From Eledone cirrhosa (Eukaryota): DNA of 64,000 nt. A program made the position numbers and the translations under genes. Numbering within the stretch: position 1 is the stretch's first letter; each line of letters starts with the position of its first letter. Shown here in pieces: positions 37,356 through 51,895 of this stretch. The notes under the pieces were generated by a model, which was not told the DNA's origin, did no database searches, and was given only the letters and a program-made list of their open reading frames with translations. Location: assembly GCA_964016885.1 (NCBI GenBank), contig OZ024745.1:121396001-121460000 (forward strand), read 5' to 3'.

Positions 37356-38693
37356 GGCTAAATCAATGAAGAGCTGGATATTGATGATTGTAGATTAAGA
37401 GATAAACAGAGACAGACAATATACAGGCTAATGTGCAGTTCAACCCCTGCTTATATAGTTCTAAATTCAATTTTATGCAGTGTGTCAAAAAGCACCCAAA
37501 CAATACTGTTAACTTTTCGTGTAGGTGTCACAACAAAAAGGACCCAGCACACACTGTAAATATGGTTGGCATTAGGAAGGGCTTCCAGTCGTAGAAATCA
37601 AGCCAGAAACTGTTCTGTTTGAGCAAGACACAATCACCTGACTTGACTTGCCTCAAATAGGACAACCCATCTAACCCATGCTAGCATGGAGAATAGACAT
37701 TAAACGATGATGATGATGAATCCCAAGTATTGAGTATTCTGTTGAGTAATTCTAACTAGTTTAAAACTGGTTCTATCCTGATATATATATATATAAAAAA
37801 AAACAAGAAACAAACAAACAAACATAAAAACAAGAAAGAAACAAACAAACATAAAGTTGTATTACCTTAACCCTTTAGTATTTACATTACTCTATATTTA
37901 CTATTGTATTTTCACAGTAAAGGCTTTAACTCACATATCTCACAAAGCAATGACATTACTCTATAGTCACAATTATATTTTCACAGTAAAGGCTTTATTT
38001 CACATAATTATCTCACATAATATCAAAACTATGAGATTACTGTATTTCCCGGTGTCAAAGACTAAAATAAGTCTCAAAAATCTACCATGGAGGCCAAAGG
38101 TTGTTTACCATTTTTTTTTCAAATTTTTGGTTGTCAAAATTAGGGTGTGTCCTCAAAATATTTATTTTGAGAACAATACCTTATCGTCAGTAGGAGCAGC
38201 CGGTTACAGCCAGTTTGAACAGAAAGAGGTGAGAGAATTCTGGCCAGATATGGCTGGTTTAAATGCTAAAGGGTTAATGCTTAACAGAAAGAGAATAAAT
38301 GACACAGTCGACATATCGGACGTTTGTCCTTCATCAAGAAAAAAGCGTTGAGATTGTAGAAAAAGACAGAATACAAAATGAAAAGCACAAAGAAAATTTT
38401 TAAAAATTAAATAAAATTAGAAAGAAAATATAAAGGAGAGGAAGGAGGAGTGATGGGTGGGGAAGGGGTTCAATGTATGGGGGTGGGGGTGTAGACATGT
38501 AGTTGGTTCTTGTGTGTAGGTGGGGTGCATATTATGCTGCATGTGTGGGTGTTAGATGTGTTGTTGCTGGAATTGTGTGTGTGTGTGAGCATTTGTATGT
38601 ATGTGTGTATATTTGGCAGGGATGTGTGGTTATTGGTGTGTATTGTGTGATTGCATGTATTAGTGTATACGCATGTGTGTGTTTCTACCAACA

Positions 38694-38727
<34 letters not shown>

Positions 38728-38859
38728 GTGGTCTCACCCATGCTACCATGGAAAATAGGTGTTAAACGATGATGATATATATATATATATATATATATGA
38801 TGATGATGATGATATATATATATAATTATATTATATTATATTATATATATATATATATT

Positions 38860-40805
38860 ATGTGTTTGTGTGTGTATATATAAATATATATACATATGTG
38901 TGTGTATATATATATATATGTGTGTGTGTAGTGTATATATATACATTTATATATGTGTATGTGCATGTGTAGTGTATATATATACATCTATATATGTGTG
39001 TGTATGTAGTGTATATATATATATTTATATATGTGTATGTGTGTGTGTAGTGTATATATATATATACATTTATATATGTGTGTGTATGTAGTGTATATAT
39101 ATATATTTATATATGTGTATGTGTGTGTGTAGTGTACATATATACATTTATATATGTGTGTGTATGTAGTGTATATATATATATTTATATATGTGTATGT
39201 GTGTGTGTAGTGTATATATATACATTTATATGTGTGTGTATGTAGTGTATATATATATATATACATTTATATATGTGTGTGTGTAGTGTATATATATATA
39301 TATACATTTATATATGTGTATGTGTGTGTGTAGTGTATATATACATTTATATATGTGTATGTGTGTGTGTAGTGTATATATATACATTTATATGTGTGTG
39401 TATGTAGTGTATATATATATATATACATTTATATATGTGTGTGTGTAGTGTATATATATATATACATTTATATATGTGTATGTGTGTGTGTAGTGTATAT
39501 ATATACATTTATATATGTGTGTGTATGTAGTGTATATATATATATATATTTATATATGTGTATGTGTGTGTGTAGTGTGTACATATACATTTATATATGT
39601 GTGTGTATGTAGTGTATATATATATATATATATATACATTTATATATGTGTATGTGTGTGTGTACTGTATATATATATACATTTATATATGTGTGTGTAT
39701 GTAGTGTATATATATATATATATACATTTATATATGTGTATGTGTGTAGTGTATATATATATATATATATACATTTATATATGTGTATGTGTGTAGTGTA
39801 TATATATATATACATTTATATATGTGTATGTGTGTGTGTAGTGTGTATATATACATTTATATATGTGTGTGTATGTAGTGTATATATATATATTTATATA
39901 TGTGTATGTGTGTGTGTAGTGTATATATATATATACATTTATATATGTGTATGTGTGTAGTGTATATATATATATACATTTATATATGTGTGTATGTAGT
40001 GTATATATATATACATTTATATATGTGTATGTGTGTGTGTAGTATGTATATATACATTTATATATGTGTATGTGTGTAGTGTATATATATATATACATTT
40101 ATATATGTGTATGTGTGTAGTGTATATATATATATATACATTTATATATGTGTATGTGTGTAGTGTATATATATATATATACATTTATATATGTGTGTGT
40201 ATGTAGTGTATATATATATATATACATTTATATATGTGTGTGTGTGTGTAGTGTATATATACATTTATATATGTGTGTGTATGTAGTGTACATATATATA
40301 TATATACATTTATATATGTGTATGTGTGTGTGTGTAGTGTGTATATATATATTTATATATGTGTGTGTATGTAGTGTATATATATATATATATTTATATA
40401 TGTGTATGTGTGTGTGTAGTGTGTATATATATACATTTATATATGTGTGTGTATGTAGTGTATATATATATATACATTTATATATGTGTATGTGTGTGTG
40501 TACTGTATATATATATATATATACATTTATATATGTGTGTGTGTGTGTAGTGTATGTATACATTTATATATGTGTTTGTGTGTAGTGTATATATATATAT
40601 ATACATTTATATATGTGTGTGTGTGTGTAGTGTATATATACATTTATATATGTGTTTGTATGTAGTGTATATATATATATATATACATTTATATATGTGT
40701 GTATGTGAGTAGTGTATATATATATATATATATATACATTTATATATGTGTGTATGTGTGTAGTGTATGTATATATATACATTTATATATGTGTATGTGT
40801 GTATG
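38860..40805. repeat. Compound TA/TG minisatellite, about 2 kb
   Basis: Units tagtg(ta)n-cattta(ta)n-(tg)n. Confidence 0.93.
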
Positions 40806-41074
40806 CCTATTTTTTTTCCAAGACAAATTGCTTATGACAGACCTTAATTCAGTATGTAAGTGTGATAAACCTCAGTGAAGTAAAGGATCAGTTATTTGTC
40901 AGTCTTCCACGATAATGACCCTATATTTTGTGCATTCCTCAATTACATTACTTACAGAAAAGTGAACTCATGCTGGTTCTTCTCCTTCTTCTGTTAGGCT
41001 TTCAAATCAGTTTCTTTGAACTTCTGTAATCCTCTCGCCTCAATCTCCATGTATCCTTGACAACAACTCTAATA

Positions 41075-41528
41075 ATAATGGCTTCTAGTATAGATACAAG
41101 GACTGCAATTTGGGGAGAAGGGGAAAGTTGATTAAATCTACCCCAGTGCCTCACTGGTACTTCATTTGATCAACCCTGTTAGGATGAAAGGCAAAACTAA
41201 CCTCGGCAGGATTGGATTTGAACGCAGTACGTAAAGGGCCATAACTGTATGCCTCAAAGCATGTTGCCCGATGCTCTACTGATACTGCCAATCCACCACC
41301 TTAACAACTCTAATAATAATAATTTCTACTAGTGGCACAAAGCCAGCAATTTAGGGAGAGGGAAAAAGTCGATTAAATCAACCTCAGTGTATGACTGGTA
41401 CTTTCTTTTATTGACCCAGTAAGGATGAAAGGCAAAGTTAACCTCGATGGGATTTACACTCAGAACATAAAGGGCCATAACTCTAAGCCTCAAAGCATGG
41501 TGTCCAACGCTCTACCAATCCACTGCCC
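41075..41528 (-). mobile_element. Two tandem SINE family 1 copies
   Basis: aggatgaaaggcaaa...ccaatccac occurs twice. Confidence 0.85.
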
Positions 41529-41737
41529 TATACACACATGAATCTCTCTCTCTCTCTCTTGGTATCTGCTCTATTGTGGCTACAACTTCGATATATACAT
41601 ACTATTATATTAAAGCCCAACAGCTGAGCTCTTGCTGTATCAACAGGAAACTCCAGACTGTCAGACCCTAACTCTCTACTATATTTATACTATCCTAAGT
41701 ATCAAGCACTCTGCTAGTTTAAAACTGGTATAATCCT

Positions 41738-41819
<82 letters not shown>

Positions 41820-42141
41820 TCTCTCCCTCTCCCTCTCTCTCTCTCAACACACACACATACCAAACATACATTCGAGGTAACAGTTTCACCAAATGCTACA
41901 GTATGGTAACCAAATTACAAATTTACATTTTATGTTCAGATTATTGAATATAGGAGTAAAGTTTGGTAATTAGAATTGCAGCATTCTTACTGGTCACAGA
42001 GTCTCTGACATTTCCTCATTCTGTTTCATACTGTGATGACTAACATAATTTAGCTCTGGTCAAGCAAACCTATATGTTCAATAATTATGTATATTAATAT
42101 CTGTTGACTCATAAACACAAGAATTTACATATGGTATGTAT

Positions 42142-42197
<56 letters not shown>

Positions 42198-42445
42198 TTC
42201 ATATATATCATCATCATCATCATTTTACGTCCGCTTTTCCCTGCTTGCAAGGGTGGGATGGGTCTTATTCAGCACAGCATCTCCACCGTGAGCTTCAATG
42301 ATCTGAGGTCTGTTCTCACCACCTCCGCCCATGTTTTTCGTGGTCTACCTCTACCACGTCTTCTTTCAACTGGCATATATATATATATATATATGATGAT
42401 GATGATGATGATGAGGATATATATACATATATATATAAATATATA

Positions 42446-42500
<55 letters not shown>

Positions 42501-42824
42501 GTGTGTGTATATATATATATATATATCATCATCATCATCATTTCATTTTATGTCCGCTTTTTCCCTGCTTGCAAGGGTGGGACGGGAACTGATGCTGGCT
42601 TGATTTCTACAGCTGGATGCCCTTCCTAACACCAACCTCATTTACAGTGAGTGCTGGGTGCTTTTTTGCCGTGACACCTCCACGACCACTTTGCAGTGGA
42701 ATGATAGGGACCCCCAGTCCCTATCATCTCATTTCTACAGCTGAGTAAACTGGAGCAATGTGAAATAAAGTACCTTGCTCAAGGAAACAACACATCACCC
42801 GGTCTGAGAATTGAACTCACAACC

Positions 42825-42857
<33 letters not shown>

Positions 42858-42858
<1 letters not shown>

Positions 42859-44200
42859 GCAGATGATCTAATGCTCATAGCTGAATCAATGGCTGAACTA
42901 GAGAAGAAATTCCAAACTTGGAAGCATGGCCTAGAATCAAAAGGCCTTAAAGTTAACTTGTCTAAGACTAAAGTTCTAGTTTGTAGGAAGGAAAATAGGG
43001 CACCGGTCCCATCTGGGAAATGGCCATGCTCAGTGTGTAGGAAAGGAGTAGGCAGAAACTCCATTTTATGTCCCAAATGCAAAGTATGGGTGCATAAAAG
43101 ATATAGTGGGATCACAGGTAAACTAACCAAGAACATAGATTTTATATGTGGCCGGTGCTCAGGTGCAAGAAGTAGTAGCAAATGACCACAGGATACTAGC
43201 TCCTTCCATTGCCCAGATGGTTCTATAGAAATAGAGGACACCTTCCGTTACCTGTGTGACAAAATCAGCAGTGGGGGAGGGTGCTCAGAAAGTACAGTAG
43301 TTAGAGTCAGAACGGGATGGAAAAAGTTCAGAGAGCTTATACCACTATTGGCCGCTAAAGGTTTCTCTCTAAACATGAAAGGCAGACTGTATGATGCCTG
43401 CATACAAACAGCAATGTTACATGGTAGTGAGGCATGGGCATTGTGTGCAGAGGATCTGCGCTGACTGGAGAGGAACAAAGCTTGCATGCTCCGGTGGATG
43501 TGTAATAGTAATATACGTGAACGGCAAAGTATAAATGAACTAAGTGAGAAATTAGGAATAAGAGGGATCAGATGCTGTTTACTCGAGAGAAGACTATGTT
43601 GGTATGGTCACGTTGGTATGACAGCTGTATAAAAAAGTGCTGGGCGATTAAAATAGATGGAAGCTACAGAGTAGGCAGGCCCAGAAAAACCTGGGACGAT
43701 CTGATAAATTCCGACCTTACACACTTACACCTCTCCAAGACAATGTCACTGGACCGAGATCTTTGGCGCTGCACAGTAATACAGAAGACCCGCCTTGCCT
43801 ATGTACAAAGCGAAACCTACAGTCAGTAGGCACCACTCTAACCAAAAATACACCCCATGCCACTACCCCTATCCCCACCCCCATCTACACCACCCCCTTT
43901 CTCTGTAAAGTTATGTTGGTACCACAACATCCAGTCCTAAATAAATGAGGTCGTGCAGGCATCACGACAAAAAAAACACACAGTCCACGCTGTAGTGTGG
44001 CCGAGTAGGTAACATGGTAAAAACCTCCCAGTCCACACTGTAAACGTGGTTGGTGTTAGGAAAGGCATCCAGCCGTAGAAAACCTGCCAGACAGTCCTAT
44101 ACAAGCGAGACAACCAATCTTGCCTCATGTGGGACAATTCCCATCTAAACCCATGCTAGCGTGGAAGATAGACGTTAAACGATGATGATGATGATGATGA
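42858..44200 (+). mobile_element. RTE LINE 3' part
   Basis: ADDLMLIAES...GLKVNLSKTK...WPCSVCRKGVG, through the 3' UTR to a (GAT)n tail. Confidence 0.9.
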
Positions 44201-44204
44201 TATA

Positions 44205-45246
44205 TATATATAGCAGGTTTTGTTCCATATTATCCAATGTGTTAATGCCGGGAAACATTGAGACATTCTACTATAGTAGTAAATTAGCCTGTGTCATCAT
44301 GTGACTTTTCTCAAAAGAGGAAGGTCAAGATGGCCGAACTGTTGGTGGGTAAATTTCGGGTGCGAACAAAGATATTTTCACAGCCTCAAATAAAAGCTCT
44401 CAACTAACATTTATAAACAAAACTAATCGACTACATGAATCTAGGAGAATAATGATAATATGTATATATCAAAGCTGTAACCGCAATATAGCTGATACCA
44501 ATCGGATTGTTTGAGGCAGTCACAAAGCACTCAATGGAGTGAAAATTTAATTTATTTTCATCCAGAGTCAATACAAAGTGGGTTGCTTTTCTTGGTGTCA
44601 CACTCTGCTAAGAGTATTGCAATCGCTTGTCAGATTATAGAGTTTGGTGCACTTTTAGGCTACGGCCAGCCACACGAACCTGTAACAGATCCTGAACAAG
44701 CAATGTCTGTGCTTTGAAGGTTTTTTAATTGGGGAAAGGCCTTGCACTCGACTAATCCCACTCTCTGAACATCGAAAACACTACCCGAAAAGGAGAACTG
44801 GTCAACATCATCGGATGCTTCCAAAGCCGCAGGGTTTTTTTCAGAGTTTCCCTCCCCTAGAAAAGTCTGTGACAACAACTGGGAGATTTTCACTCCCAAG
44901 TAAAAAAAAAGAAAAGAAAAAAAGTACTATTTGGATGGCCGTTGACTCTGCTGAGTTCCTCCACCCTTTCCCGGGTCTTGTATTTCATCCCGCAGGGTGT
45001 CCAAATATCAACCTCCTCACCAAGCAAGCTTGGTGGGGTTGCCGGTTTAGTCGCCGACGACCCGACCATGAGACAGGTTGTACTGGGTTACATGTTACCA
45101 GTAGCACTCGAGAGTGACCTGACATACATACATACATACATACATACATACATACATACATACATACATACATACATACATACATACATACATACATACA
45201 TACATACATACATACATACACACACTGACTTTTAAATCTTTAAGAT
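44205..45246 (-). mobile_element. Probable non-autonomous Helitron-like element with (TATG)n
   Basis: Minus strand begins a|tcttaaagatttaaaagtcag, then (gtat)n. The 3' end is uncertain. Confidence 0.4.
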
Positions 45247-45652
45247 TCTAAATGATTACACATGCATTGATATGTAATATAAAAAGAAAAACTCAGGTTA
45301 TAGTAATTTAGAAATGAGATTTTATGATGTCCATACCTTTAATCAAGAGCATTATTTATTCAATTACTGAGTAAAAGAGTCATTTTAGCCATTTAAAAAT
45401 ACAAAACTGTTAATTTGTCTTTATATATATATCATTTATTTCTTGGTATAAAATTTTCATCACACTCTCTGTGACCTGGTTACTGACACAGTTCCACTGC
45501 AACTATCAGTAATCAGGAAATAAATTTAACAGATTTTGTGTTTCTAAATGACTAAAATGATTATTTCATGCAGCAATTGTTTTAGTTTACTGCCTCATAA
45601 GTCACCAAACAAATACTTTACTGAAATAAAGCAAAACAGTTTCAACTACAAA

Positions 45653-46375
45653 TACTTGGCATGGCAATAAAGTCTTTAGAATAGTAGGCTGTGTGCTATA
45701 TGTAGCAGTAAATGTAGTTAATATTAGTTGGAACTTGAACTTTGTTGTACATGTGTGATATTGTGTATGAATGTTGTATTTTGTCACAGGCCTTTACATA
45801 ATTATTTTGTTGTCATTCTTGTCATTGAATGGATTTAAGTCAAGAAAAATTTAGAGCATATGTTTTCATTAAATGGAAACAAGGCAAATCAGCAACAAAT
45901 ATTATTGAAGGAGAGTGGAACTAACAACGTTCCAGCAAATTCAACCATTTATCATTGAATGAAACAATTCAAAGATGGCAGTAGATCATCACTTATTGAT
46001 GCTCCTTGTTCTAGCCGTCCTTGCACAACAACTATTTATGCCAACGTTCAACTCCTTCGAAGTATCATTGATGCAGAACCTGAACAATCATTGCATTGCA
46101 TTCTACCTGTTACTGAAATAAACAAAGAAACGGAAAAAACTAAGAAAATATGTTTTCACTTCATTAGAAGAGGTGGTGGATGAATCGTTACATTGGTTTC
46201 GATAATTGCTGAAAGAACGGTTCCAGAAAGAGTTAAATGCTTTGCATAAACACTGTAAAGATGTTATTGCATTCAATGGAGATTATATTTTGCAGAATAA
46301 ATAAATTTTAGTTTCAATATATTGTGCATTTTCATTTAAAGGGTCATTCCAAGGACTTTATTGCTACACCAAGTA
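45653..46375 (+). mobile_element. Internally deleted mariner with both TIRs and TA target duplication
   Basis: ta|cttggcatggcaataaagtctttag ... ccaaggactttattgctacaccaag|ta. Internal STIYH*MKQFKDGSRSSLIDAPCSSRPCT resembles the mariner HTH region F..G..SL.D.PRSGRP; GDY-type C-terminus present. Confidence 0.82.
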
Positions 46376-46436
46376 TACTTACTTTTGCTTTCATTTTATA
46401 GTTTGGCCATAAATATTAATTCTTTTCTTTCTTCAG

Positions 46437-46569
46437 TCTTGATGTCTTGCAGAAGACTGAACATATTGGAGAGAGTGGTACATTAGTATGGCACCTCAGT
46501 CTTGTCCTACTTGCCACCTGGATTATTATTTATTTCTGTGTCTTTCGAGGAGCTGCATGGATTGGAAAG
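46437..46569 (+). CDS. SLC6-like exon (end of EL2, TM4), phase 2-0, 133 nt
   Basis: Acceptor tttcttcag, donor AAG|gtttgt. Translates LDVLQKTEHIGESGTLVWHLSLVLLATWIIIYFCVFRGAAWIGK, similar to VL..S.GI...G.LRW.LALCLL.AW...YFCIWKG...GK. Confidence 0.93.
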
Positions 46570-46707
46570 GTTTGTTATATTTGTCACCCACTTCTATATC
46601 TTTACCTTATTATCTGAATGTCTTCATTTTTATACTTTTATTTCCATGTCTCTCTCTCTTGTAAGTCTATCTCTCTCTCCCCTGTTATATGTCTCTCTCT
46701 CTATCTG

Positions 46708-46764
<57 letters not shown>

Positions 46765-46899
46765 CTTTCTCTCTCTCTATATATATATATGTGTCTTTCT
46801 CTCTCTCTCTCTCTTCCTTATTATATGTCTCTCTCTATCTGTCTATCTCTCTCTCTCTCTCTCTCTCTTCCTTATTATATGTCTCTCTCTATCTGTCTA

Positions 46900-46934
<35 letters not shown>

Positions 46935-47043
46935 CTGTCTCCCTCTATCTGTCTCTCTCTATCTGTCTCCCTCTATCTCTCTCTCTCCCCTTGTTATATG
47001 TCCCTCTAGATACATGATCATTTCTTTGTTGTTGTTGTTTTAG

Positions 47044-47235
47044 GTGTTTATGGTTTTGTGTCCAGTGACAATGGGAATCCTTGGTATTATTCTCATCTAT
47101 GGCCATGCTGTAGTCCCGACAGCAGAAAAAACATTCAGCTATATGTTCCTCGGAAACTTTGACATCTCGCAAACTAAAGATGAAGTTAAGAACGAAGTTG
47201 GCCAGGCTATTAAAAACCACCTTGGAGATCCTAAG
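47044..47235 (+). CDS. SLC6-like exon (TM5, EL3 with insertion), phase 0-0, 192 nt
   Basis: Acceptor ttgttttag, donor AAG|gtatgt. Translates VFMVLCPVTMGILGIILIYGHAVVPTAEKTFSYMFLGNFDISQTKDEVKNEVGQAIKNHLGDPK and ends in an L.DP. motif, as this exon does in SLC6 genes. Confidence 0.88.
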
Positions 47236-47349
47236 GTATGTGATTATTTTTTAAATATTTTTTCTTATTATAAAATTATATTTTCCTTATCAAAATGTAA
47301 TAAATGTAATCAATATTTTCCAACCACAACCTGGTGCAGTCTGCGATTA

Positions 47350-47622
47350 ACCCCAGGTTCTGCTACATATCAGGCTGAGGAGGCCAAACTCCTCAAATAC
47401 CAGTCGCTCTCTGACAGGTTTGCGGTTGTACCCTTGGCAGTGGAGACTTCTAGTGCCCTGAGGCTACCTTCCTACTCACCACCATAGTTGCTGAGCTGGC
47501 CAGCCGCAGATGTGAGTGTTGTGAGTTGGAATGGCTTTTCCAGCGTGTCTCCCTTGCCGTCCTCCGGGGAAACGCCTTCTCCATTCTGTCTGCCGGGGCT
47601 GTGGGGAGGCCACCAATATGAT
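47350..47622 (+). mobile_element. CRE-like RLE 3' fragment
   Basis: AEEAKLLKYQSLSDRFAVVPLAVETSSAL, then WLFQRVSLAVLRGNAFSILSAG. Confidence 0.78.
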
Positions 47623-48204
47623 TGATTGACTTGTCATTTTATCAGTCAGATGTTTTTAGATATTTTTGAATATCTTTTTATGCTTTAACAACTTAAAAAT
47701 TCACAACTGTCTCAATAGATAAAATATTAGTCTCTTGGCAAAAAGATAAGATTTTTAATGTCCTGGATACTATGGTCATATGTAGTATATGAATTATAGA
47801 GCTATGTTATTTCTCCAAGAATCCAAGTTTAGTTATACTTTGATCCAGATAGGTTCAGACATATTTTGTTGCTCCAATAACAAAGGGGTTAACTCTTTTA
47901 ATATCAAACCACCTCAAAGTGTCCATGGTTGTCTGCCAGGGCCATGGGGAGGCCAGCGCGTGGGACCCCATTTGCTCATAATAGTGAGAGATGGGGAGGG
48001 CGAGAGAGACAGAGGCGATGACAGTGGGAGTTTGGTTCCTCTGTGTTCGGACCTGGTGTACATGTAATTTTACACTATCAACCCTTTCATTTCCTCTTTC
48101 CTTGTACCCATGCACTGGTATCCATTATCCATTATTGTTGTTTTATTTACCAATGGTTGTATATGTATATGTAAGTACTTTCCCTTCTATACACAGTAAT
48201 TCTT

Positions 48205-48712
48205 TATAGCATAGAATTACACCCCTTTTTGGTTTGAGTTCAAATCACACCTAGGTTAACTTTGCCTTTCATCCTTACGGGATCGATAAAATAAAGTACC
48301 AGTAATGCACTGGGATAATTGCTGGCCTTGTGCCAAAAGTAGAAACAATTAATTATTCATTGTTTCATCCTCATGGGACTCATCGGAATCCATCAATTTA
48401 TAAATAAATACCTCAACAAGTTCATCTTTTCAAACACACAAAAAGTCCATACAGCTTTGTTTACATTTTATAAACTGCATAGTCATCACAGGAGATATCA
48501 AATTGTTTGTATTAATGTGTTTATATTAGGGTGGTGAATTGGCAGTATCGGTAGAGGGTCGGACATGCTTTCCAGCATAGTTACGTCCCTTTACGATCTG
48601 AGTTCAAATCCGGCCGAGGTTAACTTTGCCTTTCATCCTTACGGGGTCGATAAAATAAAGTACCAGTAATGTACGTACTTGGTAATTGCTGGCCTTGTGC
48701 CTAAAATAGAAA
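48205..48712 (+). mobile_element. Two SINE family 1 copies (48205-48350 partial, 48529-48712 full)
   Basis: Match to the family pattern. Confidence 0.8.
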
Positions 48713-49134
48713 AAAAATTAATGTGTTTATATTACCTAAAAAATGTCCATCCAAAGTGTATGTAGCAACCTTTTGTTATGTTCCAAATGCCAACATGTTT
48801 TTATTTTTTGGGTGGCCCCCAACAATACTATCAGGCTGGTTGTATTTTAAGTTGGTTATTGTGTTTATTCTTAGGTTTCACCTACATTTATTTAACCCTT
48901 TGCATTTACATTACTCTATATTTACTATTATATTTTCTTGGTATAGTCTTTATTTCACATAATATCAAATCTATGAGATTTTGATATTATTTATTTTGAG
49001 AACAATACCTTAACGCTATGAGTGCCCAGTTACAGCCAGTTTGAATAGAAAGAGGTGAGAGAATTCTAACCAGATACAGCCGGTTTAAATACTAAAGGGT
49101 TAATATATTGATCTCCATGTGGACTTCTTTATTT

Positions 49135-49405
49135 TTATTTGATCCACTAGTTTTTATGTGATCATCCTTATATTATTTGATCCACCAATCTCCATATTAA
49201 ACTCTTTATTTATTATTTAATCCACTGATTTCCATGTGATCATGTTTATTTATTGTTATTTGATCCACTGATTTCCATGTGATCATATTTATTTATTGTA
49301 ATTTGATCCACTGATTTCCATGTGATCATATTTATTTATTGTTATTTGATCCACTGATTTCCATGTGATCATATTTATTTACTGTTATTTGAGTCACTGA
49401 TCACC
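49135..49405. repeat. 43-bp minisatellite
   Basis: Unit tttgatccactgatttccatgtgatcatatttatttattgtta. Confidence 0.85.
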
Positions 49406-49996
49406 TTTATTTGTTAGTTATTCTTTCTCAATGTGATCACTTTTATTTGTTGTTATAAGAAGATAATATTTAGAAGATATTATTTCACAGTTGGTTCAAG
49501 TCTTCAGTTTTAAATTTTCACAACCACCTGTTGTTGACAGTTGATGCTTTCTATATTTTCTGTGGAAGGTATTTGGTTTAGCTTTCTGGATCCTAGGTTG
49601 CATGGAGGTAACTTTTAATGTGGGATGTTATAAACATTTTGATACTTTAGTGTGGTTTATTCTCTCTATAGTTATATATAATCTTCTCAGTTTTGATTTT
49701 TTTGTAATATTAAGTATGATTTACCAATGTCTTTGGGTTTGTATTTCATATCTTTTCCAAAGTTCATTAGCAATTCTAATATCTTTATTTTCATAATTGT
49801 AAACTTGAGTGGGATAATTGTGAATAATTTTCTTTGCTTGAAATGTTGCTTTAGTTTTACAATTTTGGCCTCCTTTGATGTTAATACAAATCCATGACTG
49901 CTTACCTTTTCATTTGAAATATTATCTGTTCACATCCCCACTGATGGTGGACTTTTCAGAAACACTTAACAGTTTTGAATTCTTAAAAACCCCTTC

Positions 49997-50313
49997 AGTC
50001 ATGAATAACCATGGAATTTGCACCTGGAAAGTTCCCCTCCGTGGCACAAATCTGAGCAAGGTTTATTGTGAAATACCAGCAGTTGCCCATGCATACCAGT
50101 CTCCCCTCTCCATGCCACCGATGTTGTCCAAGGGAAAGACAATGACTGATACAGCTTGACACCTGTGACATTGCAACTCATTTCTACAGCTGAGTAAACT
50201 GGAGCAACATGAAATAAAGTATCTTGCTCAAGGATACAGCATGTCACCCAGTCAAGGAATTTAACTCACAACTTCATGATTGCAAGCACAATGCTCTAAC
50301 CACTAAGCCATAT
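49997..50313 (-). mobile_element. SINE family 2
   Basis: Reverse complement aligns with 17124-17455. Confidence 0.8.
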
Positions 50314-50369
50314 CCCTACTATTAAGTTCTTCTAATCACCTATTCAGAATTATAATTTAGGTACCTAGG

Positions 50370-50976
50370 TACCTAAGTGATCAGATTAACATGGGGGGGG
50401 GGGGTTCCGAGGCCATGGTATCTATGATAAGGACGGGTTGGAAGAAGTTTAGGGAGCTGCTTCCTCTGTTTACAAAGAAAAGTTTCTCCTTGCGTACGAA
50501 AGGATGGTTATATGAAGCCTGTCTGAGATGCGTGATGCTGCATGGTAGTGAGACAGGGGCAGCAACTGCAGAAGATATGCGACGGCTGGAGAGAAATGAA
50601 GCAAGTATGCTCTGTTGGATGTGCAATGCCAATGTGTGTGAACGACCAATCATAGATGAGTTGAGAAAGAAACTGGGTATAAGAGGGATAAGTTGTGGTG
50701 TGCAGGAGAGAAGGCTGAGATGGTATGGCCATGTGATGTGCATGGAGGATGACCGCTGGGTCAAGAAGTGCCAAGAAATCCCAGTAGAAGGAAGACGCAG
50801 TAGAGGTAGACCATGAAAAACATGAGCGGAGGTGGTGATAGCAGATCTCAGATCACTGAAACTCACCGAGGAGATGATGAAGGACCATGACAAGTGGAGA
50901 GATGCTGTGCTGAATGGGACCCATCCAACCCTTGCAAGCAGGGAAAAGTAGACGTAAAATGATGATGATGATGATG
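50370..50976 (+). mobile_element. RTE LINE 3' fragment
   Basis: GWKKFRELLP...MLHGSET...RRLRWYGHV...GRRSRGRP, with a (GAT)n tail. Confidence 0.9.
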
Positions 50977-51307
50977 AATAGGTACCACAAAGCTGTCAGG
51001 AACCATATGGATGTTATCAGCTGAGAGTTCTGATAACCATATTTTCTTTACTCACCTGGCTTCCCCTTACTAATTAGTCCATTATACCTGAGTTTCTCAT
51101 CCTGTCCAGGATATTTGTTGTTCTCACTTGAATGTAAGGGCTTTATTACCAAATCGTTCATGTTTAGTTTTGAGGAATAGGCTACAAATTTTCCTCATTT
51201 TTATCATTAAAAAAGCCATTTGTTGGTTAAATGCAGGTAGATTTACTACATATGCATTCAGAATGTAAATGGTTAGAAAAAATATCACAAAGCATTTTGT
51301 CAAGTGC

Positions 51308-51536
51308 TTTAACCTTTTAGTGTTTACATTACTCTATATATACTATTGTATTTTTGTGGTAAAGGCTTTATTTTACATAACGATGTCACATAATATCGAA
51401 TCTGCAAGATTTTGATGTTATTTATTTTGAGAACAATACCTTAACGTCAGTATGAGTGGCTGGTTATGACCGGTTTGAACAGAAAGAGGTGAGAGAATTC
51501 TGGCCAGATACAGCCAGTTTAAATGCTAAAGGGTTA
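51308..51536. mobile_element. piggyBac-type MITE (TTAA target, CCCTTT termini)
   Basis: ttaa|cc.tttag..ttta ... taaatgctaaaggg|ttaa. Other copies at 20149-20378, 23048-23118 (partial), 37867-38277, 48891-49102, 52713-52974, 53525-53736, 54118-54619. Confidence 0.78.
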
Positions 51537-51895
51537 ACAATTCAGCCAATAAACTGATCGGAACTGGTATTTTATTTTATCAATTTTATTTTTTCAATGA
51601 AAAATGAAAAGCAAAGTTTACTTTGAACCTAAAACATAAAGAACCAGAAAATGTACTGCAAATCATTATGTCTAATGTTCTAATAACATAGTGTCACTAA
51701 GACCCAATCACTAACAATATCCCTTATCATAATATGATCATAATTCTGTTTTCTCCATCACCATATTCAATCCAGGACCTTTTCACTCCTATCTGAAAAA
51801 CCCCTCTCTCAGGAACCCCTCCCTCATTGACCTCCACTGTTTTCACCGTATTAGTTATATCTATTTCTCAATAACCTTTCTGCTTTCTTTCTCAG

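Noticed and set aside
38860-40805. Many Ile/Tyr/Cys/Val ORFs, here and at other (TA)n tracts
   Set aside because: Dinucleotide repeats lack stop codons, so these are artefacts.
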